In this document: positions 24,723 through 37,524 of the stretch, one piece after another | Position numbering within the stretch: position 1 is the first letter of the stretch | How the letters are laid out: each line of letters opens with the position of its first letter | Assembly (NCBI GenBank): GCA_002633005.1 | Contig: NMRA01000504.1 | Location: forward strand, 255,388 to 319,387 | Origin: Phoronis australis | Taxonomy: Eukaryota; Animalia; Phoronida | DNA length: 64,000 bases | Reading direction: 5' to 3' | Notes under the pieces: model-generated | Told to the model about the DNA's origin: nothing | The model's database searches: none | What the model saw: the letters and a program-made list of their open reading frames with translations, nothing else | Position numbers and translations under genes: made by a program

Positions 24723-27700
24723 TTTTTATGCGCCCACATATTTATAGGCCTACATATTTATGTGTTGCCGCATAATGCTATCATCCTCGTTCGTCCACAC
24801 ATCCGTCATTTTTAGTGTTTTTGAGTCTGGTTTTGGCGTCTGCTCCTCTATCAACCAAACCACTATAAGGATGATTGTGAAAATTGGCATGTATGTTCCT
24901 ACATATTGTGGGTGACGATGATTTTCCGACGATTTCAACTACCATGATGCCGCCTAGTGCCAGTTCTGTTTTTTTGCACCCATGGCTGTATCTCCTAAAC
25001 ACTCTGCAGGATCTTAGCACGCATATTTATATGAAGTTGACAGTGGATGATGGCGACTTTTGGACAGATTTGCCGGACGCTGTGCTTCCTAGATGTTTCT
25101 AGAAGTTCCTTGACGGAAATTTGTGAAATTTTGTAAATAGCTTTCTATTAAAGAAACGATGTCATGCTCCCATTTTCACATGGATTCGACATATATTGCG
25201 CCATCCATTTTTACCGTTTTCTAGTCTGTTTTTGGCGTCCGCCTCTCTGTCAACCAAACCACTCTAAGGTTGATTTTGAAAATTGGCAGTTATGTTTCCA
25301 CTGTGAGGAAGACAGCTGATGATGATTTTCAAACGACTCGGGTTAGTGTGGCGCCTCCTAATGGCAGTCTATTGCGTCTTTGGCTGTATCTCCCAAATCT
25401 GGGCAGGAACTTTATTAAATTTGGCAAGTGTATTTATATGTCAGTTGACAACAGACAACGACGACTTTTGGATGGATCCGACTAGATTGGCTATGCCTCC
25501 TAGTGGCAATTTTATTTTTTTCATTGTCTGTATCTTTGAAACTCCTTGGCAGATTTTTATGAAATGTAATAAATAGGTTTCTATTGAAGAGTCCACAGAA
25601 AAACACCAGCTTGTTTTTTTGATGAACATCTATGTTATTTAATTGATGTTCATTTTTGTAGTAAAATTTGACAAAATGAAACTACAGTGGTACTTTCCAT
25701 TTCAACGCTGAACCCACCATTTATTAAAGTACCTTGTCTGCTACATCCTGTGGACTATTTAGAAAAAGGATGATGTGACTTGCAGCACTTAATGTCCGAT
25801 TCACTGTCTTGATAACATTGATAATTTTATATACCATGATGTCCTCGCTCCGTACTGATAAGTTTTAATGCCCTGTCCTTTCGACTGTGATAAATTGTGA
25901 TATTTGATCAGAAAATCCAGTTTTGTGCTGACTTAGTTTTATTTCAATGTTAATTGAAAAGGCCAAGTTAAGCTCTCTTTACACGAGGGACAGTTGTCAG
26001 CGTGGGACAATTGTCACCATGCGAGGTGTTCCCAGTGCGACTTGCTCTGGATTAAGTCACATTTATGTGACATTAGATGACAAACTGTATCAATATGAGT
26101 CATTTACGTAAGGACTGTGTGTTATATGCAGTTCTGTAACCAGATGACACTATAAACTATTATCTTTTCAACAAATGCTTTTGAAATTGAAAAAATCCAA
26201 TGTACTAGTTTAAATCTATAGCAACATCTTTTGTAGCTGTCTTTGTAATACAAGATATTTAATCATTTTAAAGTTCTTAGGTGTGAGATACATTTTATCT
26301 TCTGCAAGTTTAGAAAGTCAAAGTAAGACCTAAGATTATTTTTATTGGCTGAAAAATTGTATTTTCATGGGTGTGACAAACATATAAACATGCCGTACAT
26401 CTGTCACGCAATTTCTGACTTAACGAATAATCCCTGGGATCTAAAATTTTGGTCAATAGTATTGTGTAACAAGTTGAAAGAGATTATGAAATAGTTTTCG
26501 TTTGAAAACTTAAAGTAGCTAAACTTTTTAGCACTTTGGTGACGGATGTACAGCACCATGATATCCTTGAAGTGGCCTTTGACCCCTAGAGATTGATGGT
26601 GTGCCACAGTTGAAATTATCTCGTAATGTGCAGGATCTTTATTAAACTTAGCAAGTATGTTTACATGCAGTTGACAATGGACGGTGACGATTTTCGGATG
26701 GATCGGACATCCGCTGTCGCCCCTAGTGGCAATTTAAGTTTTACCGTTTACCTCTATATCATAAAAGATCCTCAAGAGATTTTCGTAAAATTTCAGTTGG
26801 CAGATAGCCATTTATTAGTGAAATAATGCTTTCCATCCGTTTTCGTAAGGATTCAAGGTATTTTTTGCCACCTGATGGCCGTTTTTACTTTTTTTTGGCG
26901 TTCGCTCCTCTTTTTAGCCAAACCATTCTAAAGATTTTAATAATTGATATATATGTTGTTACTATAAAGAGGACGGTTGGTATTGATTTTCCGAATAATT
27001 TAGCACCTTACTGGCAGTTTTATTTATTTGTGCACCCATAGCTGTATTTTCTGAACCCACTGCAGGAGCTTTATTGAGTTTAACAAGCGTAGTTATATGA
27101 AGTTCACAACAGATGGCAACGACTTTCAAACATGTCCAACGATCGCTGTGCACCCTAGTGGCAATTTCATTTTTTCCGTTTTCCCCAGTCTACTTTTCTG
27201 AAGTTCCTTGACGGATATCTATGAAACTTAATAAATAGCTTTCTATGAAATAAATGATAACATAACCGTTTTCGAATGGATTTGATGGATTTTGCACCTC
27301 TAGTGGCCATTCTTACTGCTTTTCAATCTGTTTTTTGACGTCCACTCCTCTATCAACCAAACCGCTCTAAGGATGATTGTGAATTTTGGCATATTTGGTC
27401 TTAGCTTGAAGAGAACAACAGTTGACTATTATTTTCCAGTGACTTTGACAACTGTGGGGCCACCTAATGGCAGTTTTTTTTGCTTCTATAGCTGTATCTC
27501 CTAAACCCGTTGCAGGATGAATTAAGCAAGTCTATAATTTATATGAATTTGACAACAGACGACGACTTTCAGATGGATCCGACGAATGCTATGTCACCTG
27601 GTGGCAATTTCAGTTTTTTCGTTTTCTTCTGTTTCTTTGAATTTCCTTGATGGATTTTTATGAAATTTCATAGCTTTCTGTTAAAGAAACAATGACGCTT

Positions 27701-27834
27701 TGCCGTTTTTGGATGTATTCAACATTTTTTACGCCATCTAGTGGCCATTTTTAGGACATAAATAAACACCCCTAGAAGCACATTGTTTGCAGTGAATTTG
27801 TGGGCGTATTTCATTGCTCCGCGTTGCTCTTGTT
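24723..27834 (-). mobile_element. HINE-like (non-autonomous Helentron-type) element with an internal diverged tandem array, interrupted by an insertion at ~25620-26607
   Basis: Ends match 60372-61735 in reverse (tttttatgcgcccacatattt ... tgtgggcgtatttcattgctccgcgttgctcttgtt). Subterminal inverted repeat atgcgcccaca/tgtgggcgtat. Internal units repeatedly carry cctagtggca, ggctgtatctc and gacgacttt. Confidence 0.75.
26130..26607 (-). mobile_element. Partial inverted copy of the 9985-11090 element, nested in the HINE-like element
   Basis: Reverse complement aligns by eye with ~9985-10450. Confidence 0.7.
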
Positions 27835-30800
27835 TTGGGTATGTTTAGGCAAAAATTGAAAGTTATAGGGCAGTCAAATACTGGTCCTGAAACTAGAGAG
27901 ACTGGGATTTCAGATGAGACCAGAACAATTTTATTTTTTTGTTTCTAGGTTGACCTTTTCAGGAATTGCCCCAAAGTTTAATTACTAATTACGTTGAGCT
28001 GCTAATTGTTTATTTATGCAATAGGTTTAAGGCAAGCTGCAAGCTGCAGTTTGGACAACTGGAATAGAGCAACAGCTGTCGAAATTTTGTTGACATTTAG
28101 CCAAAAGTGGAATGAGGTGCTGCCTAAAATAAATCGATGTTTAATAGCAATTTTGTTCACTGAAACTTTGTCAAATTGGGATGTTGTCCAGTTTATGTGT
28201 ATAATGTAACTTTCGTTTCCTATGCATCTGACTCTACTACTTGCCCACCCCATAATTTCTTTGTGGATTATCAGAATAAAGGCCTTGAGTGTTCATTTGA
28301 CCAAATACGGTTGATTGGTTTTTAAAACTTGTTTTTGTGTCCTTAGCTGGCGGGAGCTTTCCTAAGAGGTCTTGAAGGTTTTGCCAATGAAATCTTCTGA
28401 TGTTCTCTGATACCTTGTATACAGTCCATCATGCCAATTGTGCCGATGAGTCATCAATGACTGCATATACCTACCACATTTAGAACTAAAGATACGTTTT
28501 CAGGATTCCAAATTGTCCATTTGCTCTATCCTAGATTTATAAAATGCTAGCAACCACCACATGTGATTTAAACAATCCCTGGAGTGACTTAATGTTAATA
28601 CCTGTATAAGAATATTAGAGTTTTAATTGACAAAGCAATTAACCGCCACTATACTTCAGGTGATAATTTATTAATCAATTACAAGTCATATTGCCATTTG
28701 CTCACACACTCCCGTCTCCCTGTTGAAGTTATGAGTTGCTATTAGCATTTGGTTAAAAGCAATGATATGGCAGAGATACACTTGTGGGCCTGTTTAAACA
28801 AGGTTATATTTTGTTGAACGCATCAAAGTCAATGTTGTATGCAAAACATTGTGTCAGATTTCAATAGTATTTACAAAACACTGCGTCTCCTTCAATAGAA
28901 ATCAGGAGGTTACGGAGATTTTCCACCCCAATGAGGCAAGGTTGTGGTTCCTCTAAAACGGAATGATCATTACTCATACTTAAAAAGCAAGTTGCATAGT
29001 TTCCAGTAGCTAAAATTCTCATAAAAGGGGCGTTTACGAAAACACTAAATCCGATGCCCTGGACTGGCTGGACACCTACTAGATGAAGGCAAGGCTCTGA
29101 GCATGGGTGCTTAAGAGTGAAAATTTTAAAATTTTGCATGTGTGCAGTAAGCCGAGGGGATGGGCTAATTGGTTATCAGTGCCTCATCTATTCACAACAC
29201 AAAGAAACATTTCAGTTTCTGTGACAGTACTCCTGTAATTGCTGCATGGCATTGATTTTTCAGAGTCTCATAAAATATTAATAAATTTAAATAGTTTCAT
29301 CAGTAAGTTGGATGTTGACCCTGTTTATGTCAGACGGTATAATCACTATATACACACAGAAAGAATGGGAAGGGCTTGCATGCCATTTTCTTTGTACTGG
29401 TAACTACTGGCAAGTATTCTTGGTGTATTTTTATGGGTAGCCCAAGCGAGTACTCAGATTTTCATGAACACTATGCCCATGTATGTCACATATAATGTAC
29501 AAATTCAAGTATTAAATTCGGTAAAACTGGCAGACTGGAATAAGCATACTACACTAATTTAGGACACTCATTTCCAACATCCAAAATTATTTAGAAAAAT
29601 GGTATTTTGACCCTCACTTATTTTACGTTCGGGGCTACATGACTGGAATTTCTGGCAGGGTCAGTTTTGCTGGTAAACCTCTGTTGCTAATCTTAGTAAT
29701 GTAGATCTTTTTAACTATGTTAATAAGGCCTGAACACTCTAATTCATCATTTCATCCATCCATTCATGGGATATCCTGCTATTAACATGAGGTGAAAGGG
29801 GTGACCTGACATGAGTGCCCTGTAACCTGACCTGAGTGCCCTGTAACCAAGAGGCATTTGCTCAATAGAGCACTTCACCAACAATAGAGTAATGGAACAA
29901 GAAGAAGTAACTTAGGGGTAGTACAGACTGTTCACTGAATCACATTTGAAAAGGAGTAGGCTGCATTTCATCAATTCAGAGTCCTGCTGTTGCCGACCTT
30001 GGTTAATGGGTTAGTTTTGCCTGTCTCTCATCCTCAAAGTCAATTGTCAGCAAAAAATTTATGTTGTGCGAAATATGTGGGGAATTATAATGGTTTTGCG
30101 GAACGTTGTTTGAGTTAAGCAAAAACCTGTCTTATGCATGTCTGCTTGTTTTACTGTGCATTTCATAATGTATGCTAATGTTACGATGTTTTGTTAGCAA
30201 AACTAAATTAATTTGTAATTAGATTGGTTGTAAAAGTTTAATGACAATTTAATAATCTCAATTTTTCTAAAACATTTAGTTCCTGTGAGGTTTTGTCAAA
30301 CTTAGAGCAAGAGAGGGACGATGCTACAAGGTCTGTCAATAATTTATAGAGTATCTTTTTGAACAAGAAAGAAACTTTTCCCCCAGTTCCCAGAAATCTT
30401 CTTTGAATCATTAATAATTAACTAAGTTTATAACAAAAAGTTTTTTATACTGCTTAAGTGTGTATCAGAATTTAAAAATGCCACAAATGAATTACACAAA
30501 TCTCGGACAATACTTTTGTAGTGCAGTTCAGTCCTTCAAAAAATATTAATATAGTTGTTACCTATCGGAAACCTGGTTGCATTTGAGGACTTAGCTTTCT
30601 GGGTCCTTTGGTGGGCTACTGGGGGTAATTTCCACGGCAGGTACTTGACAGTTGTAAAACTCCACCTGGTGGCTGTCACTTGAGAGGAGGCACTGGTAAA
30701 TGATTGGAAAGTCGTACCCAGTCTCTGTTCAACTCTGGCTTGGTGCTACTGATTCCTGAACTTTGCTGGTCAACCTGTTCAACGGGGTTCTCTGGACAGT

Positions 30801-31413
30801 GTCACTGGGGAATATTCTATTTGTTGCATACCAGGCCTTTATCCTGGAGTTCGAAAATAGGGTGTCCAAAATGGGGTTCCCAATATTCCAGAGCGTCCAT
30901 AATTCCGACGCGTAACCCCCCACCCCCAGCAATCCCCCCAAAAACACAGATTTCTTCATGAAAAATGCATAGACCAAGGTTTTTACATCTAAGTTTACAA
31001 AACAGCCTTCTGTAGTGAGCATTTTTAATAAAAAAATTGGTGTAGACCAAGATTTTTACAATGCTATCAACCAAGTGTGAGCATAGCAACATTGTATTTA
31101 CTTTGTATATACATTGTATATTTCTTCCTGCTTTGAAAAAAGAGCCCCCACTGAGCCTTCAGAGGCTTCCTGGTAATCATTACAATGTGTGTGTCCAAAC
31201 TTGAAAGGTTCCTATTGACAGTGTTCATCCAAATGATACATTGGGCGTCCTTGCCAGAGCGTCCATATTAGTCCAGCACCTACGCTGCATAAAGGCCTGT
31301 TGCTTACATGTATACTGCCCTGAAATTCCTCTTCTTACTAGCAAAAGCTATATCGCATTGCGCACTCAGGCTAAATTGATTAAATATGAATATTTTCTGT
31401 TGCAGGAGACAAG

Positions 31414-32754
31414 ATGACTTTGTCAGAGACCGAAACTGTTGTAAAAAGCTGTAGTGGTTCGCCAACTTTATCCAGGCGTGACAGGTCCTTAAATAACAAC
31501 AATTACAAAGCTCCAGTTACCAATGGCAACCCATTAAATGCAAGTGACAACACCGGACGTAAAGTAATTGGCATCGACGGCAAATGGTACGACATCACTA
31601 CTTTCATTCCGCACCATCCAGGTGGCGCCGTCATCGAACAGTTTGTGGGCAAGGATGCATCCAATGTCTTTCATGGTCTCCACGACAAGGATGTGTTGCG
31701 TCACCGTAAACCTGTTGGCGCCTACACCGTCTCCGATGCTGATCCTGCCTCCGCCAAGTTTGCCGAGCTGCACAAGTGGTTTATCAATAATGGCTTTTTC
31801 CACACCAGCTGTTCTTGGTACGCCATGAAGTTTGCTGTAGCCTTTGCCCTGTTAGCCTTTGCATTTTACCTTGTGGCATGCACGCAGGCCTGGTACTGGC
31901 ACTATCTTGGAGCCGTGGTTTTGGCAGCTTTCTGGCAACAGTGCGGCTTTTTCATGCACGACTTCATGCACAACCAGGGGTTCCACGACCGCACCAAGGA
32001 CCAGTGGTTGGGCACGTTCTTTGGTACGGCTGGCATAGGCATCAGTGGCTCCTGGTGGCGGGATGAACACTTTGTACACCATGCATTGACCAATACAGTC
32101 GACTATGCAAGCGAGTTTTTTGACCCGCAGATGAGAGAGCCTGTCTGGGCTCAGAACACCAAGCTGTTCCCGTTTTATAGCAATTTGCTGCAATACTATG
32201 CCATAAAGATGCAGCACATCACATTCTTGCCAATATGCATCGGAGTGGGCCGCGTCGGGATCGTCTTAGATAGTTTTAAGCAAGAAACCCGTCTGAGGGA
32301 GTGGGCCGCGTTTCTTCTTCACTGGGCTTACGTATGCTACCTGTTGTCATTTTTGCCCACGTGGCGCGAAGTAGCCATTTTCTACCTGATTGCCAGTCTG
32401 TGCGAGGGCATCCTACATATCCAGCTGTTGATCAGCCACTACGCCAAGCCATTCTTCCTCAAAGACGACATCTGTGTTAGCAAGAACTGGTATCGCATGC
32501 AGATAGAGTGTAACATTAACATTAAGAACCCAGTTTGGCTTGACTGGTTTCACGGTGGGCTGAACTTCCACATTGAGCATCACCTGTATCCCACAATGCC
32601 CCGGCACAACTACAGAAGGGCCAGTAAATACATACGTCAGGCTTGCCAGGAGCTGGGAATCTCCTACGACGAGTGCACCTGGTCGGAGGCTGTAGCTAGA
32701 ACTCTTCAATGTCTTAAGTCCATGTCTAAGCACTTCAAATTAGACCCACGTTAA
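31414..32754 (+). CDS. Cytochrome b5-fusion membrane desaturase, sphingolipid delta-8 desaturase (SLD)/front-end desaturase-like, 446 aa, single coding exon
   Basis: Uninterrupted ORF with a cytochrome b5 heme motif HPGG (H68) and His boxes HDFMH (H182), HFVHH (H219) and HIEHH (H386). SLD-like segments are GISGSWW, HIQLLISH and WLDWFHGGLNF. A splice acceptor ttttctgttgcag ends at 31405. Confidence 0.95.
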   Translation: MTLSETETVVKSCSGSPTLSRRDRSLNNNNYKAPVTNGNPLNASDNTGRKVIGIDGKWYDITTFIPHHPGGAVIEQFVGKDASNVFHGLHDKDVLRHRKPVGAYTVSDADPASAKFAELHKWFINNGFFHTSCSWYAMKFAVAFALLAFAFYLVACTQAWYWHYLGAVVLAAFWQQCGFFMHDFMHNQGFHDRTKDQWLGTFFGTAGIGISGSWWRDEHFVHHALTNTVDYASEFFDPQMREPVWAQNTKLFPFYSNLLQYYAIKMQHITFLPICIGVGRVGIVLDSFKQETRLREWAAFLLHWAYVCYLLSFLPTWREVAIFYLIASLCEGILHIQLLISHYAKPFFLKDDICVSKNWYRMQIECNINIKNPVWLDWFHGGLNFHIEHHLYPTMPRHNYRRASKYIRQACQELGISYDECTWSEAVARTLQCLKSMSKHFKLDPR

Positions 32755-33334
32755 CTGGGGATTGAGTCTATCCAGCTTGTGATATGCCCATTAAAACAGT
32801 AGCTGCTAAGCCTTGATGTATTATTTATATGTTCCATGTACACTCGCGCTTTTTGATTTCAGGAATAATTTAGTAAAATGAATAGTACTTAGACGCGTAC
32901 ACTCGCACTTGTACATATCAAGTGAAGTGTTGACGTTGAATGTGGTATCATTGTTGTCAATTTTACACTTTTATACACGGTCCGAACATGAACATAGTGC
33001 CAAGTTTGAGTCCATGTTGCCTAGCAGGTATTATTAGTATGGAGCTATTCTCTATAATTTAATTTTTAATTAGTATTTTTTGTTTTGCTATTTGTAAGCC
33101 ATCTCTGTCGTTTTTGAGAGGGTACAGCATGTCTAGTGCTTTATGCAATCTGCTGCTTCCCTTTCCTTGGAAACCATTTATTTTTATTATTGCTTGTTGT
33201 AAGGCTTTGTACTAGAATTCCTGCGATTGCACTGGGATCTAAATGTCTTGGCATTATAATCGAGAGAAAAGCAACCTTTAACGGCACAGTGCAAATCCCG
33301 TGCCTAATCGTTTACTGGGCAAAAGCAAGATATG

Positions 33335-33340
33335 AATAAA
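33335..33340 (+). promoter_or_regulatory. Candidate polyadenylation signal of the desaturase
   Basis: AATAAA about 580 nt after the stop, followed by T/GT-rich sequence. An ATTAAA also occurs at 32790. Confidence 0.4.
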
Positions 33341-34139
33341 ACGGTTTTGTAACACCTTTTCGACAAGTCTGTATTCAGCCAAATATCTTCAAAACTCTGG
33401 AATATAATTCAGGATAAGTGTGAAAGCAGAAAGCCTGTAGAATTTGATTTGTGACTTCGCACCAAAAATCCTATTTTCTGATAACCCTCTTGCAAAAGTG
33501 GATCAATTTAAAAGCTATCAGAATTTTCAGAATTGTGCATGAAGCACCGAGTATCTAAAAGTTTTGTATGAATCAGATGGGCCATTTCGATTTTTTTCTG
33601 GTGGTTGCTTCACTTCATTGATAATTTGGTTGTATATGTCAAGATTTTTACAGTGTACAAATTTCCACAATCAAACCAATATGCAACTGTAGGTTTTAAC
33701 ATTATCTTGCTGATATTACTCATTTTGCAATTTCTGTTATGTGCTACAGTCAATTTGGATGCAGCAAACTGCAGTTTTAACATGTGTTTAAAAAGTCCTG
33801 TAATGATTCTTTCAAAATCAGTTAGCATTTTTGAGATTTACTGAACATTAGAAACAATTGGATTGTTTGTAAGTAAAAGTTAATTTAGAATGTGGGGTCA
33901 TTGGTAAACCACAATTAGATTTGGTCCAATTGTAGTTTAAAGTGATTAAGATGCATAATTTATGTATTTGGTTCTACTTAACACCATAAACACCTTGGGT
34001 CTGTATTAACTAGGGTAAATTAATTAAGAATGTATATAATCTAATGAGATATATAATATATAGCTGGTTCGAAGAGAACTTAATGTGTGTAAAGAAAGTC
34101 TTAACTCAGGAGCAACAAAAACTTTCCCTATGTCTCTCT

Positions 34140-34445
34140 CAAGGATGGAAATGATTCTTTAGTCTCATGTCTAAATTCAAGCTTCGATCTTATAACTCCA
34201 GACCAGAACCTACAAATTCCTTTCCCGTGCCCCTTAAATATCCACACATGAAGCAAAAATACTCCATACCGATCTATGGGACACGTTGAGAAATCTGGTT
34301 CTCAGTATGGAATTTGTTCACTGGATATCGTATTTTTAGTTCATGTGTAGATAGTTGAGAGGCACGGGAATAGAATTTGATCTCCGACTGTGGTTTAGGG
34401 ATCAGATTTAAAGGTGTGGCACACTGGAATCGTTTCCACTTCCCA
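34140..34445. mobile_element. Foldback/MITE-like imperfect inverted repeat
   Basis: caaattcctttcccgtgccccttaaatatccacacatgaagcaaaaatac pairs with gtatttttagttcatgtgtagatagttgagaggcacgggaatagaatttg. Weaker pairing extends outward (tggaaatgattc/gaatcgtttcca). Confidence 0.6.
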
Positions 34446-37245
34446 TCAGTTTAGTTACGGTAATTCTTTTGGTTTGCGCACACCCTCGAGTTTTGCACCT
34501 TTCAAATTGTGAGGAAACTGTCCTCATTTTATTCATATGCTCAAGACTCTTTGTGCACCTCAACAACAAGCAGTTGTACTACTTAACATTGTGTGATAAT
34601 TTTTAGTCCACTTGCCAGATGTGCCTTTCATCATAGAGTATTTAGTGTAAACATGGGTCCAGTTTCTGTTGCCAGCACATCTAGCATATGCTGTTGTCGG
34701 GGTGTGATAAGCAGTGATTCGACAAGACCATCATACTCTTATATAGGTATTTGGTGTTGCGGCAAACATGAAACCTAAGTGGCATTCCTTTACCATGCCT
34801 GAACAACGTATTTGGAATTATATGTTTTGTGATTTTTACTGTGTGATTTTGGGTGAAGTTCGAAGTGAACAAATTTTGATACTATGTATAACCTAGGGAT
34901 CAGTACTATTGCATTCCAATGTTTGACAGCAAATATGCAAGCTACAATATTGGATGTGGCCAATACACACACTGTCAATTAGATAACAAACACGCTCTCA
35001 TTTTAAACTTCTGCTAGTGGTCAGGTCATGGTTTTCATTCCGAAATGCAGTAAGTTTACGTCAAAAGTAGCGCTTATGTGTGCAATATAATGATGTAGTA
35101 CCGGACGTCTATTACAAAGCTCTGAAAATAAACACTTATTCAATCACGATTTATTTGTTTGCATTTTAAACAAAGATACAGATTGCAAGTTTTGCAAAAC
35201 GTTTATATGTCAGATTTTGGCTTATGACATTTTTCAGTCATTTGTGGTTTGTGCTTTTGACCTTTCGGATATTTAAGTCATGCTGCTCTGACGTAACGCT
35301 AGTCTGGTTTGATCGGACTTTCATCAGTTTTGCTGTTGAAATTGCAGTGTTCTAAATGTGAACTGAATGAGGAACAACTTTTGTGATAAAATCCTAATGC
35401 AGAGGTGATCAACTTGTACGCATTCAAGTACATCATATGCCAAAACAATGGGATACTTTCAAATAGCAACTTGGCGACTGTTAACGTGGGACCGGACACC
35501 AGTGGCCACAATTTGACGAGGAGGCATTTAATAACATTTGCTTAAAACACATTCACTGTAAAGGGTCTATTTATGAAGTCAAACTGTTCCCATATACCAG
35601 CTACAGCAAAGACAAAGTAACTCCTGGTACAGCTAGGTAGCGATGGGAGTCACCGGTCCCAGTGATCAGCTGCAATTGTTTCCTGAAAGTCTCATCGGGA
35701 CAAAATTACCCACAATTCCCAGTCGTGACATCTGAGCTCAAGCGTAAATTCCCCATTGTGACAGCCAAGTGCTGACAGAATGCACCATTGCACAATAAAA
35801 AGTGAAATAACTCAACTGGAATGACTAGCAAGAACTGTTGGGTAAAACAGGATCTCGACAATCACGTCACAAGTAACAAGATACTAAATCTTGGATACAA
35901 CAGATATTGGCATTACTTTAAGACAATCTGGACTAATCGCACAGATATATACATGTAATGAACGTAAAAGGCTTCTACAAGAAATTTCAAAATACGTGCA
36001 ATCATTTCTCTGTGTTAATGCTGCTAAATTGTTGTTTTTGTTTTTCCTCTACTATGATTTGAAAAAACCATGACAACAATAATCCTCTGTATGTTTTAGA
36101 CAAAGAAAGAATATATTCTTCTCTACATGTTTAGTTAGGAAATCCCTCCATACAGTGCAAGCACTACAAAATCTTGAGGGAAGTTCAACGCTGTCCCCGT
36201 GAACATCAAATTTGCTTGGCCGCCATTCAAACCTGTGGGGAGCAATAAAACAATTATCTTCTCAACAAGGACTGTAAATCCTTTGTTAAGTTATGTTTAC
36301 TTTCACAGGCCAACTGGGACAGTGGTATGACTAAGAACAAGGTTCACAAAAAGCTACTTTCATTGTCAATTTCAAAAGGCCTATTGTGTGAAGGACACCG
36401 ATGATTTCCAAGTCTAAAATATTGCCCAAATTTCAAATCGCTAGAATGGGAAACAATCTCGGCCACAAGTGAGAAACAATCAAGTTTTAGTTCTTGAATG
36501 ACGACGATTACCTGATCTGCTGATGAAAGTGGCACGAGATTCCGTTAAAAAAGGAACCAAAAAGTCCATCCCAAAATGTAACCAGGAGCTGGCTTATTCA
36601 CAAGCTTTCATTCAAGTCCATTTCAAATGAAAAGTCACAATTTAGCACGTGCCAGTATTTTGACAAGGTCAATACACATTTTCTTGATGTTTTTTCAGCG
36701 ATGAATCACACATCTTGTTCAATAGCAAAAACAGTGTGTAATTGCACTAAAAAACCCAAAGTCAGTGTTTTGAGATGCTTTGCACTGTTAAGTAGCCATC
36801 AACCACCATCATGGAGGGAGTGACACGGTGAGTAACAACATGATTGACATGTCAAGGTTCGAATGGATGACTGTATACTTTGAACAGAAACTGCATTTTT
36901 ATTCTTTTTTGTACGTCGTCAGCTTTCAGAAAGTTTTGTGGGGTTTACAGTGCGATTAAAAACTTGTTTTCATGCTAATAGGTGGCATGAGACGCTCTCT
37001 ATCTTCACATCCAACTCGTGTCCATGAGATGTTTTATCAAAAACAAGCTCTTACGTGGGTTCAAAATGATGCTGTTCCAAAAGCACTATGACCACGAATC
37101 AAACAATATTGCTGAATAAAGTTTCTCACTTGCGAACAGCAACATTCCAGATGACTGACAGGTATTTATGTCAACGTAAGACCTGCAAAGCACTAGCTTC
37201 AAGGCATCATCTTTTGAGTCCTCCTTAACGACACAACACACAGCA

Positions 37246-37524
37246 CTAGGCGGATACTAATGTTGAACCATCAGACTCTGTCAACCCTTCCTCAGTCGAT
37301 TCTGATGGTTCAATATCTTCAATGTTCTCAAAGACCGGTTTCCTGTAAGTGCGTATGGCTGGCTGAGCAGGTGGCAACCAATCTGGTATGATCTTGGAGT
37401 GAATTCGCCAGTCGCCATAGACATTGGATAGATGTTTTTCAAACACGACATATTCAAGAACGTTCTTTATGAGGTCTTCGCTTCCAAACATTAGACGGCC
37501 AAATCTATCATACATAGCCAAAAC
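37246..37524 (-). CDS. MRPL45: MRPL45 last coding exon (279 nt including TAG)
   Basis: ctttttcag acceptor. Encodes [49 protein letters not shown]... The full spliced product is 329 aa. Confidence 0.96.
   Translation of the reverse strand, partial: VLAMYDRFGRLMFGSEDLIKNVLEYVVFEKHLSNVYGDWRIHSKIIPDWLPPAQPAIRTYRKPVFENIEDIEPSESTEEGLTESDGSTLVSA

Noticed and set aside
24723-27834. Recurring motifs as a CRISPR-like array
   Set aside because: Eukaryotic context; the units are diverged tandem monomers without identical repeats and unique spacers, and there are no cas genes.
29804-29848. 21-bp tandem duplication (acctgac(a/c)tgagtgccctgta x2) and the (TTGAA)n tract near 13447-13468
   Set aside because: Ordinary slippage-type micro-repeats with no further structure.
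31534-32733. Several overlapping and antisense ORFs within the desaturase
   Set aside because: Shadow frames of a GC-richer coding sequence with no recognisable motifs.
31414-32754. Higher GC of the desaturase as evidence for horizontal transfer
   Set aside because: LMBR1 and MRPL45 exons are also visibly GC-richer than introns, so composition alone is uninformative.
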